Source: Eledone cirrhosa
Taxonomy: Eukaryota
Assembly: GCA_964016885.1 (NCBI GenBank)
Contig: OZ024759.1
Location: forward strand, 29,822,001-29,886,000
DNA length: 64,000 nt
Reading direction: 5' to 3'
Positions 40,468-53,279 of the stretch are shown here, piece by piece. Made by a program: the position numbers and the translations under genes. The number at the start of each line of letters is the position of its first letter. Within the stretch, counting starts at the first letter, position 1. Below the pieces are notes generated by a model. The model was not told the DNA's origin, made no database searches, and was given only the letters and a program-made list of their open reading frames with translations.

Positions 40468-40722
40468 ATAGGAACAAGTATGACCCCGATGGCAGAGCTC
40501 AAGCCATTTCGACGGCTAATTCTGGACTAAATAAGAATTTTTAGCCTGGTAAATAAATAGCCGAACTTCTCAGGGGGTAATTCCTTATACTATCTTCCCA
40601 TATAAGGAATTACCCCCTGAGAAGTTCGGCTATTTATTTACCAGGCTAAAAATTCTTATTTAGTCCAGAATTAGCCGTCGAAACGGCTTGAGCTCTGCCG
40701 TCGGGGTCATACTTGTTCCTAT
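40468..40722. repeat. 122-bp-arm inverted repeat in (TA)n carrying a hammerhead motif in each arm
   Basis: Spacer 40590-40600. Plus arm 40612-40707 reads ACCCC-CUGAGAA-long stem II (CGGCUA/UAGCCG)-GAAA-CGGC/GCCG-UC-GGGGU. Confidence 0.85.
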
Positions 40723-41882
40723 ATATATATATATATAGCATTTCATTTCATTTCATTTTTACGTCCGCTTTTTCCCTGCTTGCAAGGGTGGGACGGGAAC
40801 TGATTCTGGCTTGATTTCTACAGCTGGATGCCCTTCCTAACACCAACCTCATTTACAGTGAGTGGTGGGTGCTTTTTTGCCGTGGCACCTCTACGACCAC
40901 ACTGCAGTGGAATGATAGTGACCCCAGTCCCTATCATCTCATTTCTACAGCTGAGTAAACTGGAGCAATGTGAAATAAAGTGTCTTGCTCAAGGAAACAA
41001 CACATGACCCGGTCTGAGAATTGAACTCACAACCTTTCGATTGCAAGGCCAATGCTTTAACCACTAAGCCATGTGCCTCCATATGTATATATATATGGAG
41101 AATAGAAATGGCTGATATATATACTGTATATATATATATATAGATATGCATATATAATCATCATCATCATCATCATCTTCGTTTAACATCCATCTTCCAT
41201 GCTAGCATGGGTTAGACTCATATATATATATATGCATATCTATCTATCTATCTATCTATCTCTATATATATATCACAGAAATCCAATAAGCTTTTGATTC
41301 CAGAGTCAGGTCAGATCAATACAGTTCAAGCCCGATAGATTTGAACTCAGAACTTAATAAACCATAACTAACCACTGCGACACTACACTACTCTGAATTG
41401 TTACTACACTTTTTTTAATCTTTACTCATTTATGCAATGAAATTTTAGACGGAATTCCTGATCCCAAAATAGAATATATTTTAAAGGACACATCTAAAAT
41501 TCAATAAATGTGTTGAGAAAAACTATCAGAATGCGGTGAAAATGAATTCTTTCCTCAAGAGTTTAGATAGAGTTAATTTATATTGTTTCTTAATTCAATA
41601 TTATTTCTCAACAAATTTCTCAAAGGGATCAACATAGAAATTCTCTTATCTAATAGATCTTCTAACTATTTTTGGAACCATTCCATATTCTATTAGTATT
41701 TCATAACATATTTTAAACACAGGAATCAATATATCAAGTTTGTACTTTATTTGATTTCCATCCTATAAACCGACAGTTTGAATGACAAAACATGTAAGAT
41801 AATAAAATCAAACTAAATAGAAAAGTGTAAACTAATTTAATGTTATTTCAAATATGTCAAACGAATATTGATTTATAAGTTA

Positions 41883-42090
41883 AAAATGGTTGCTCTCTGA
41901 CAGGTTTGCAGTTGATGTCCTAGCAGTGGAAACTTCTGGTGTACTTGGCTTTAGTGCTACCTCCCTACTCACAGCCATAGGCACTGAGCTGGTGAGCTGC
42001 AGGTGTGAGCCTTGCAAGATAGAATGACTCTTCCAGCAGACTTCCCTCACCATCCTCCAGAGAAATGCCTTCTCTATTTTGTCTGCCGGG
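41883..42090 (+). mobile_element. Degenerate C-terminal restriction-like endonuclease region of a CRE-type non-LTR retrotransposon
   Basis: RFAVDVLAVETSGVLGFSATSLLTAIG...IE*LFQQTSLTILQRNAFSILS resembles the AVETxGxxG...LxQRxSxxxQRGNAxSIL pattern. Confidence 0.6.
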
Positions 42091-42222
42091 GCCATGGGTT
42101 TGCTAGCACATTGGACCCCATTTGCTCATAATAGTGAGAGATGTGGAAGGCAATGACAGTGGGAGTTTGGCTCCTCTGTTTTCAGAAATGGTGTACATGT
42201 GTCTGTATGTTTACTTCTATTC

Positions 42223-43450
42223 TTTGGCAGTATCGGTAGAGTGTCGGACGCTATGCTTTGCAGTATAGAGTTACGGCCCTTTATGATATGAGTTCAAATC
42301 CTGCTGAGGTTAACTTTGCTTTTCATCCTTACGGGGTCGACAAAATAAAGTATCAGTAATGTACTGGGATAATTGCTGGCCTTGTGCCAAAAGTAGAAAC
42401 AATTATATACTTGGTAGTATTGGTAGATGGTCGGACGCCATGCTTTGACGCATAGAGCTACGGTCCTTTCCATTCTGAGTTCAAATCCCGCCGAGATCAA
42501 CTTTGCCCTTCATCCTTATGGGGGGTCGATAAAATAAAGTACCAGTAATACACTGGGATATTTGCTGGCCTTGTGCCAAAATTAGAAAAAATTATATATT
42601 TGGCTACAATAAAGTACCAGTAATGTACTGGGTGATTGCTGGCCTTGTGCTAAAGTAGAAACAATTATATACTTGGCTACAATAAAGTACCAGTAATACA
42701 CTGGAGTAATTACTGGCCTTGTGCTAAAAGTAGAAACAATTATATACTTGGCTACAATAAAGTACCAGTAATACACTGGGATAATTACTGGCCTTGTGCC
42801 AAAAGTAGAAATAATTATATACTTGGCTACAATAAAGTACCAGTAATACACTGGGGTAATTACTGGCCTTGTGCTAAAAGTAGAAATAAATATATATTTG
42901 GCTAATTGTGCCATCTAATTCCTTCTCTCTTACCAACTACTACAGAAACAGCAGTTTGACAACATCAACTACAGATATAACTTATACTTAAAAACAACAA
43001 CAACAAATTTATAGAGTATTATGCATGTATGTATGGTCACATAACTCCTGTCTAATACTGTTATATGGTCATAATTGTTTATACTTTTGGCACAAGGCCA
43101 GCAATTACCCAGTACATTACTGGTACTTTATTTTATCGACCCCGTAAGGATGAAAGGCAAAGTTAACCTCGACGGGATTTGAACTCAGACCGTAAAGGGA
43201 CGTAACTATGCTAGAAAGCATGGCGTCCAACCCTCTACCGATACTGCCAATCCACCGCCTTATATTTGTTTCTAGTTTCGGAACAAGGCCAGCAATTACC
43301 CAGTGCATTACTGGTACTTTATTTTATCGACCCCGTAAGGATGAAAGGCAAAGTTAACCTCGGTGGGATTTGAACTCAGACCATAAAGGGACGTAACTAT
43401 GCTAGAAAGCATGGCGTCCGACCCTCTACCAATACTGCCAATCCACCACC
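42223..43450. mobile_element. SINE A cluster including a 75-bp x5 array of the SINE 3' end (42530-42905)
   Basis: Two + copies, a tandem tail array (aaagtaccag at 42536, 42611, 42684, 42759, 42834) and two - copies at 43072-43450. Confidence 0.85.
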
Positions 43451-43806
43451 CTTGTTATATGGTCATAATATAAATATACTCCTCTACCTTTTTTCATGGA
43501 ACCCCAGATACTCCTTTGCAGAACCCTTGGGTACCGTAGAAACCATTGGGAACCATTGGTTCAGGGTGTATTCTGAATTTGGATGCAATAGTATCTGTAT
43601 GTCTGGTTTTCACTACCTCATCAGCCAGCGTTTCCTGCTGTATCCTGAAGGCCACGCTAGGTATGCTAAGTTTGAGAGTTTTCTTAATTATATTGCAAGG
43701 AAATATTATATCTGATGGCCATATCACTATCTGCCACCTGCGACCCATTCTCTAGCAGAACTCCTATGCTGAAAATATATATCCTATAAATGTGTGTGTG
43801 TGTATG

Positions 43807-43908
<102 letters not shown>

Positions 43909-43911
43909 GTT

Positions 43912-43943
<32 letters not shown>

Positions 43944-44041
43944 TATATATATATATATGTTTATATATATATATATTTATATATGTATATATATATGTAT
44001 ATATATGTTTATATATATATATATATTTATATATATATGTT

Positions 44042-44074
<33 letters not shown>

Positions 44075-44224
44075 GTTTATATATATACATATATATATAT
44101 ATGTTTATATGTTTATATATATTTATATATATATGTTTATATGTTTATATATATATATATATATATGTTTATATATATGTTTACATATATATATATATGT
44201 TTATATATATATTTATATATATAT

Positions 44225-44314
<90 letters not shown>

Positions 44315-44797
44315 GCCCATACAACCATATGTACACACACACACATGTATATATATATGCATGAGTGTGCATCTGTGTATGTGTATATGTGTGTCTCTAA
44401 TATATTCTATTACAGTTTATAAAAAATATTTTATGATGTGTCTGCTATGAAAATTAAAACTAATTAATTCCACTACTTATTTAATAGCAATCTAGTTTTA
44501 ATTGCACTTCACTAGCTACTCATCTTGTTGATAAAGATTGCAGCCTCTAGCAGACACCAATAATTAATGTGGCTGTATAGAAGGTATCTTTTCTGATGTC
44601 GACATATATATTATACATCGGTACATTTATGGCCCAATTACACTTCTTGTTTTGGGGCTTTATATTTTTAAAAATCACGATTGATGGCCACTATAAGTCA
44701 TTTCCTTCCACACATTGTATATCACTGCATGTGAGGGTGAAACAACTCTAAAGAAGATACACACATTACACACATATATACACATACATTATTCTAC

Positions 44798-44972
44798 AGT
44801 ATCGGTAGAGGGTCGGACGCCATGCTTTCCAGCATAGTTACGTCCCTTTACGATCTGAGTTCAAATCCCGCCGAGGTTGACTTTGCCTTTCATCCTTACG
44901 GGGTCGATAAAATAAAGTACCAGTAATGCACTGGGTAATTGCTGGCCTTGTGCCTAAAGTAGAAACAATTAT
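44798..44972 (+). mobile_element. SINE A copy (young; very similar to the inverted copies at 37750-37930 and 2535-2712)
   Basis: cagtatcggtagagggtcgg...gagttcaaatccc...gtagaaacaattatt. Confidence 0.9.
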
Positions 44973-45977
44973 TCTATGTACTATACAAGCACCTTTGATG
45001 AGTTATATTGCACCTGCGCACTGTACACAAGCCTGGGTAAGGTTTGTTTTATGGAAGACCAGCAGTCTCCCCTCTCCATGCAACCAATGTTGTCCAAGGG
45101 AAAGGCAATGGTCGATACAGCTTGGCACCAGTAACGTTGCAACTCATTTCTACACCTGGGTAAACTGGAGCAACAGGAAATAAAGTGTCTTGCTCAAGGA
45201 TACAATGCATCACCTGGTCTGAGAATCGAACTCATAACCTCTCAGTTGCAAGCCCAATGCTCTAACCACTAAGCCATGTGCCTTCATATACATACATACA
45301 TATTACATATACACACATACATACATGCACACATACATACATGCACACATACATACATGCACACATATATACATGTCTCAGGAAAGAATCGCTGGAGAGA
45401 TTTTACGAGCAAAACCAAATGGCAGGAGACCTGGGAGTAGAACCCGAGAAAGATGATTGGATAACATCCACGAGCTTGGCTGGTCTCGCTTGGAGATACA
45501 ACCGGATCAGTTGGAGATGGCTGCTCCTGACAGGACCAGCTGGAGGGAGTGTTTGAGGACTCTGCCCCCCATGACCCTCTCAGGAAAAAGTGGGCAAAGA
45601 AAAAAGAGAAGAAAAGGAAGAAGAAAAGGAAAAAGAAAAAGAAAAAGAAAAAGAAAAAGAAAAAGAAAAAGAAAAAGAAAAAGAAAAAGAAAAAGAAGAA
45701 GTAGAATACGAAGAAGAAAAAGAAGATATATATATATATATATCATCACCGTTTAACGTCCATCTTCCATGCTAGCATGGGTTAGACGAGAGTTGTCCCA
45801 ATTTGAGGCAATGTTGGTTGGATGACCATGTCTCGCTCGTATAAGACTATCTGGCAGGTTATGGTTAGGAGATATATATATATGTATATATATGCTGGCT
45901 TAGTTCGGATCCAGCTGTCAAACGGCCGGAGCTCAGCTGTCGGGGTCCTGACTATTTTCCTATATATATATATATAT

Positions 45978-46325
45978 AAAATATTAAAAAAATAATGAAT
46001 AAAACAATGAAACAGTTCCTTATATTAAACAAAAAAAGTTCATTATTTAACGATCGTTTCTAGGACATATATGTGTTAGAATTAGCATGCATATTCAAAA
46101 GATCTATGTACAAAATTATACAAAATTATACAAACTATCAAATAGAATATACATACCAACACATACATATGCCGTCTTCAGAAATAATTTTGTACATAGA
46201 TCTTTTGAATATGCATGCTAATTCTAACACATATATGTCCTAGAAACGATCGTTAAATAATGAACTTTTTTTGTTTAATATAAGGAACTGTTTCATTGTT
46301 TTATTCATTATTTTTTTAATATTTT
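45978..46325. repeat. ~140-bp-arm inverted repeat beside (TA)n
   Basis: aaaatattaaaaaaataatg...gtacaaaattat / ataattttgtac...cattatttttttaatatttt. Confidence 0.9.
46042..46188 (-). ncRNA. Type-I hammerhead with a greatly extended stem II
   Basis: AUUAUUU-CUGAAGA-[~110-nt hairpin including the 15-bp UUGGUAUGUAUAUUC/GAAUAUGCAUGCUAA]-GAAA-CGAUCG-UU-AAAUAAU. Confidence 0.65.
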
Positions 46326-46458
46326 ATCTTGACTTTGTATTCCGTTTATCTTTCACCGAAAGTGATTTTTGAATGCATCTCTTCTTTCCATGATATCCGG
46401 ATTACATTGAGTTCTTCATACGGATTGGACACTACCGTAAACTTTTGGTAGATTTATC

Positions 46459-46527
<69 letters not shown>

Positions 46528-47112
46528 AACATTATTCTTTTTATGACACTAATTCCAACGATCAAAAGCTTCAACACGTTATTACCATTGTTCAGAATAG
46601 AGAGCTTTTGCTGTTACTCTTTTTATTTATTCATTTATTATTATAATTTTTTTTCTTTTTGCTGAGACAAGCAATTGTATTGAAGGAAGGAAATAATGGA
46701 TGAACGAACAAACGAAGGAAGAAAATGAATGAATGAATGAACAAACGAACGGAGGAGGAATGAGTCGAACATGAGTTTGATCAGAAAAATAAAAAATAAA
46801 TATGTCAGCCAGATAATTTTCTCATTTCTACAGAACTTCATAATTCTCTTGATAATGTCAAATGGTTTTAGTTAGTGCCAGATTGGAGTTATTATTCAAC
46901 TTAATGTCATTGGTTTTGTCACTTTTACCCTGGGAATCTCTATATGGATGTATACTTGTGTATATATGTATGTTGTATGTATGTATAATGTACGTATGTA
47001 TATATGTGACTCTCTCTCTCTATATAGATATATACATATATATATCTATATATAGAGAGAGAGTCACATATATACATACATACATTATACATACATACAA
47101 CATACATATATA

Positions 47113-47150
47113 CGAGCTGAGGATCCGCTAAGGTGAAACAATTGTTCTCG
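47113..47150 (+). ncRNA. 38-nt minimal type-I hammerhead
   Basis: CGAG-CUGAGGA-UCCGCUAAGGU-GAAA-CAAUUG-UU-CUCG, with palindromic stem III and a very weak stem II. Confidence 0.65.
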
Positions 47151-47178
47151 GTATAGTGAACTAACTGTTGTGTAACTA

Positions 47179-47222
<44 letters not shown>

Positions 47223-47250
47223 TAGTTACACAACAGTTAGTTCACTATAC

Positions 47251-47306
<56 letters not shown>

Positions 47307-47867
47307 AGGCACATGGCTTAGTGGTTAGAGCATTGGCCTTGCAATCGAAAGGTTGTGACTTCAATTCTCAGACCAGGTGATGTGTTGTTTCCTTGAGCAA
47401 GACACTTTATTTCACATTGCTCCAGTTTACTCAGCTGTAGAAATGAGATGATAGGGACTGGGGTCCATATCATTCCACTACAAAGTGGTCGTGGAGGTGC
47501 CACGGCAAAAAAGCACCCAGTACTCACTGTAAAATGAGGTTGGTGTTAGGAAGGGCATCCAGCTGTAGAAATCAAGCCAGAATCAGTTCCCGTCCCACCC
47601 TTGCAAGCAGGGAAAAAGTGGACGTAAAATGAAATGATGATGAATGATGATATATATATATATATATACTTATGTATGTAAGTGTTTGTGTGTATATATC
47701 TATCTACCTACATGCACACACACACTCATACATATCTATATCTACATATATACACACAGAAACACACAGCATGTCATTTGCATGTGTGTATGTTTATATA
47801 TTAATATATACACACACATACACACACATATATATATATATTTGAAATGCTGGAGAGAACAACAAAA

Positions 47868-47904
<37 letters not shown>

Positions 47905-47907
47905 TTC

Positions 47908-47938
<31 letters not shown>

Positions 47939-48038
47939 TATATAGTCACATGTGTGTGTGTATATGCCTACATAAATGTGTACTTGTCTGTCTATTTGTT
48001 TGTATGAGTTGTGTGACTACATATATGTGTTTCTAGTG

Positions 48039-48069
<31 letters not shown>

Positions 48070-48828
48070 GTATGCACATATAGATGTATGTATTTATATA
48101 TGTTAAACCTAGCACAATCTATACTATATACACATACACAGTTAATCTGCCACATACATATACACCCATGTCATGTATTAGCAACATATTATTTATGGAA
48201 GGTTTCGTTTAGCTATCATATTTCTTACACAAAGTTTCAGCCAACAATTTTCTTTATTTATCTCAGAAAGACATATCTATTTGCAGTAACTTTTCTTGTT
48301 TCTACACAAGAAAACGTCTGAAAGATTTTTCACCCTTAATGGTTCACTCACAAAAATATTAAAGTCAAACATATTGATGAGAAAAGAGAGAAGTGTTACA
48401 TCTCTTGGTAGAAATCAGATATATAATACTGAAACATGTTGGGGTTGTGATATGTTGAAATTATACTTGATAGTCATAGTTGTAGTTGTATAGACATGAA
48501 ATGGTATGGTCATCATCATCATCAACTCCTGATAGTGTCATACAGTGTTTCTAGGGCATTTTAAACCTGGCAGAACCCATCCCTCTCCAGGTCTGTGGTA
48601 ACCAGCGAAGGCCATGTGTTGTCTTACTCCGATACAACTTCTTTCCCCGCAGAAAACCCCCAGTTGATGGATGTGAAATTCGAAATATAGGGACTATCAA
48701 ATCACTTCAAAGGTAAATCTATCTTGTGTTATTATTTTTTACACTTTTGGTAGGTGGATTGACAGTATCGGTAGAGGGTCGGATGCCATGCTTTGACGGC
48801 CCTTGCCATTCTGAGTTCAAATCCCGCA

Positions 48829-49172
48829 AAAACTGCCTCAATACAAATCTCGAGAAGCTGCGATTCACAGGAACAGAAAGAACACAACTAGTTGGGAAAT
48901 TACAAGTACAATCCATTAATGGAACAGTAAAAATATGTAAAACATTCCAAAAATTTTGCATCTAATAACTGCATATACACATGCACAGATACAAAGCATA
49001 TACACATGCACACATACAATAACACCCATATCTATACACACATGCATGCATGCATACATAATCTATCTAGTTGATGTTGTGTGAATTCCAAGGAGAGAGT
49101 CTTGTGTCTATGTTAGAAACCGACTCTCTCTCGATTGGGAAAACATTTGTGAAATTATAAAACCAGAAGAAC
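48829..49172 (+). mobile_element. 3' end of an RLE-type (R4/NeSL-like) LINE; second 3'-UTR copy at 57619-57883
   Basis: NCLNTNLEKLRFTGTERTQLVGKLQVQSINGTVKICKTFQKFCI* resembles the LQ..xxxGTxKIxRxxL C-terminus of R4-group ORFs. Both copies end aaaaccagaagaa before TA/TACA repeats. Confidence 0.55.
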
Positions 49173-49192
49173 ATACATATATATATACACAC

Positions 49193-49224
<32 letters not shown>

Positions 49225-49311
49225 ATACATACATATATATATACATACATATATACACATACATATATATATATATACATACATATATATATACATACAT
49301 ATATACACATA

Positions 49312-49442
<131 letters not shown>

Positions 49443-51149
49443 ACAAATATATATATATATATATATGTGTATATATATATACATATATATATATATACAA
49501 ACACACACATATATATATATATACATACATATATATACATATATTGACCTCCCTTGACCTGCTGCAAAATCAAAACAAGCTATTTTTGAGAGCAATGAAC
49601 CTTGACGTGGATTTAACCCCAAAACTCTTTCCAAGCAATGTAAGGAACACTTTTGATTATTTATGCCCTTGAGAAGCCCAACTGGGCGAAACGTATGTAG
49701 GTGCTGTTTTAAATAAACATGTTTTAACGGTCTATTCTCTGATTTCTTACTTTCCCACGTACATATCATCATCATCATCATCATCATCAACGTTTAACGT
49801 CCGTGTTCCACGCTTGCATGGGTTTGGACGGGGGTAGTCCCACTTGAGGCAAGAGTGATTGTCTTGCTCGCATAGGAATGTCTGGCAGGTTTTCTACAGT
49901 TGGATGCCCTTCCTAACACCAACCACATTTACAGTGTGGGTCTGGGAGGTTTTTACCGTGTTGCCTACACGGCCACATTACAGCGTGGACTGTGTGTTTT
50001 TTTGTTGTGACACCTACACGATCTCATTTGTTTCGGCCTGGATGTATGTATATAAATATATACATATATGTATATAAATATATACATACATACACACACA
50101 CACACATACATATATATACTATTTCCATTAATACAAGTATTTAAGCCTCTCTAGCCATATTACTAAACATTGTTAGTTGGTAATTATAAACGCGTGAGAA
50201 TTGGAATCTGTATGAAGACATCAATTTCAACCAAGAATTACATCTAACAACAGTAACGTGTCATCTCATTGAAATCTTGAAGATAAATTAGCTGACTAGT
50301 TAGGCTTCTTTATAATATGGTTGCCAACTAGAAGTATTAGAGATTAACAAATGAAAACAGTTTCTCTCTCTTAGCTTTCTCCGATTATTTATTTATATAT
50401 TTACTCTTGGTGCAACAGATATGTACTTTCCCGATATAAGGTATGACTCTCTTTGTTTATTTTTTTATATAAATATTGATTGTTTGTTCTTGTATCTCAT
50501 TCTGTTATTTTGCCCGAGAAAATATCTATGTGTGTCATCAAGCGATGCACACACATGGGTATTTTTTTCAAATCCAATGGAGTTCTAGCACGTGGCTTGA
50601 ATTCTTTTCAGAATTCATTGATTTTTGGCGGTAATCTCCTTCTACCGATTTTCGAGACAGTGAGAGATTTTCTTTAGAACTGCTGGACTAACAACTTAGC
50701 AGCTCCCTCAAGCACTGATGGTGATTATCGCTAAATATTGATGTTGATTTGGTTATCAATATTAATATTATTGGGCACCCACTGAAGAATTATAAGAGCC
50801 CACTTGAATAAGTATCTGTTGATCTTATACAAGCTTCTACATAAATTGGTATAATTTCACCCAACTTGTAGAAATCTTATAGTGAAACGAGACGTCTGGG
50901 AAATGATATATTTAATATATCTTATATGAAATCATACAGCCAATTTTCCACACAATACAATTAGTTAACACCCCGAACGTTTAATTAGGAATATACTCAC
51001 TTATTTCCTAATGTTTGTTGAATGAGTTGGAATTTGGCCGGAGTATCGCTATTAGCTTTCTTCGATTATATATATATATATATATATATGCATATATATA
51101 TATATATATATGCTTATGCATATATATATATATATATATATATGCATAA

Positions 51150-51286
<137 letters not shown>

Positions 51287-51601
51287 TATATATATATATA
51301 TATATATATATCTATGCATATGCATATATATATATACATATATATATATATAGATAGGTAAATATACACTGGTGTGTATGATTGTGTATAGAAGATTATA
51401 TTAATAAGAGGAATTCCAACTTTGACGGCCCTTGCCATTCTGAGTTCAAATCCCTCCGAGGTTAACTTTGCCTTTTATCCTTACGGGGTCGATAAAATAA
51501 AGTACCAGTAATGCACTGGGTATTTGCTGGCCTTGTGCCAAAAGTAGAAACAATTATATATATATATATATCTGTGTGTCTATAATGTATGTATATGTGC
51601 A

Positions 51602-51717
<116 letters not shown>

Positions 51718-53195
51718 CAATGTCAGTTCTACCTGACTTGTCGCCTGTATATCTACTTCCCACATGTTGCTTCTACCAGTGTTGTGGCCTATATCATCAT
51801 CATCATTATTGTTTAACGTCCGTGTTCCACGCTTGCATGGGTTTGGACGGGAGTTTTCCCACTTGAGGCAAGAGTGGTTGTCTTGCTCGCATAGGACTGT
51901 CTGGCGGGTTTTCTACAGCTGGATGCCCTTCCTAACACCAACCACATTTACAGTGTGGGACTGGGAGGTTTTTACCGTGTTGCCTACATGGCCACATTAC
52001 AGCGTGGACTGTGTGTGTTTTTGTCGTGACACCTACACGATCTCATTTGTTTCGGCCTGGATGTTGTGGCACCAACATAACTTTACATTGAAAGGGGCGG
52101 TGTGGATGGGACGGGGGTGGTGGGACGGAGGTGTATTTTGTTAGAGATGCCTACTGACTTAAGTAGGTTTTACTTTGTATTTAGGTAAGGCGGGTCTTCT
52201 CTATTACTGAGTACCGCCAAAGATCTCGGTCCAGTGACATTGTCTTGGAGAGGTGTGTGTGAGGTCGGAATTTATCAGGTCGTCCCAGGTTTTTATATAT
52301 TTATATTTCGCACATATCCATTCTACCAGACTCATTGTCCTATATATATATGTCCCACATGTCTGTTCTACCAGAGTTGTGGCTTGTATATCTACCTCCC
52401 ACATGTTGCTTCTACCAGTTGTAATATTCAATATTTCCATGACAACTCAGTTCTACCAATGTTACAGACAAACAACAAACAAACAATACAACAAACAAAC
52501 AACAACAACGACAACAACAATAAATCTAAAACATCACCAGTGAAAGACTTGCATTATTCAATACTCATTTCCGCCGACGGAAATACTAAATCGATAAGAA
52601 AGGAAAAGAAAAGAAAAGAAAAGAAAAGAAAAAGAAAGGAAAACAAAAAAATAAATAAAGAACGAAAAGAAGAAAAGAACAAAAAGAAGAAAAGATAAAA
52701 AGAAAAGAAAAATGAAAATAAAAAAATAGACAAAAAAGAGAAAAAAAGAGAAAGAAAAGTAAAAGAAAAAGAAAAAGAAAAAAAGACAAAAATGAGAAAA
52801 AGAAAAAAAAGAAAAAAGAGAAAGAAAAAGAAAAAAAAGAAAAGGAAAAAGAAAGAAAAAGAAAAGAAACAAATAAAAAAATAGGAAAAAAAATGAAAGA
52901 AAAAAAAAATAGAAAGCAAAGATGTATAACAAGAAAAAAAATAGAAAGCAAAGATGTATAATAAGAAAAAAAAAAGATAAAATAGACATAAGAAAAATAA
53001 TAAGAAAAATATTTAAATAAAAGAACAACGAAAGAAAGAGACGAAACCATTATATATGGTAATATTGATAGACTGGAATATGTGGTGGCCTTGAAGCACA
53101 AAATAGCATCGCATCGAAATATCGGAAATATAAAAATATGGTAAGTACTGGAAGCGTTAAGAATCTTGAGATTATCAAGAGAAGGCAGAAACTAG

Positions 53196-53230
<35 letters not shown>

Positions 53231-53279
53231 TTGTTTTCGTTCTTAACGTGGTTTTATACCTAAATATATTCGTGGGTGA

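Noticed and set aside
43603-43628. Minus-strand CUGG-CUGAUGA-ggtagt-GAAA-a-CCAG
   Set aside because: No stem II and no NUH triplet; probably chance.
43684-43768. Candidate minus-strand exon after a ttttcag acceptor ([11 protein letters not shown]...)
   Set aside because: Stops in all frames before a convincing donor, and no match to the expected cyclase sequence.
50730-50815. Minus-strand IILQWVP resembling an RNase H motif
   Set aside because: The following H..GNE.AD residues are absent and the frame closes; too weak to call.
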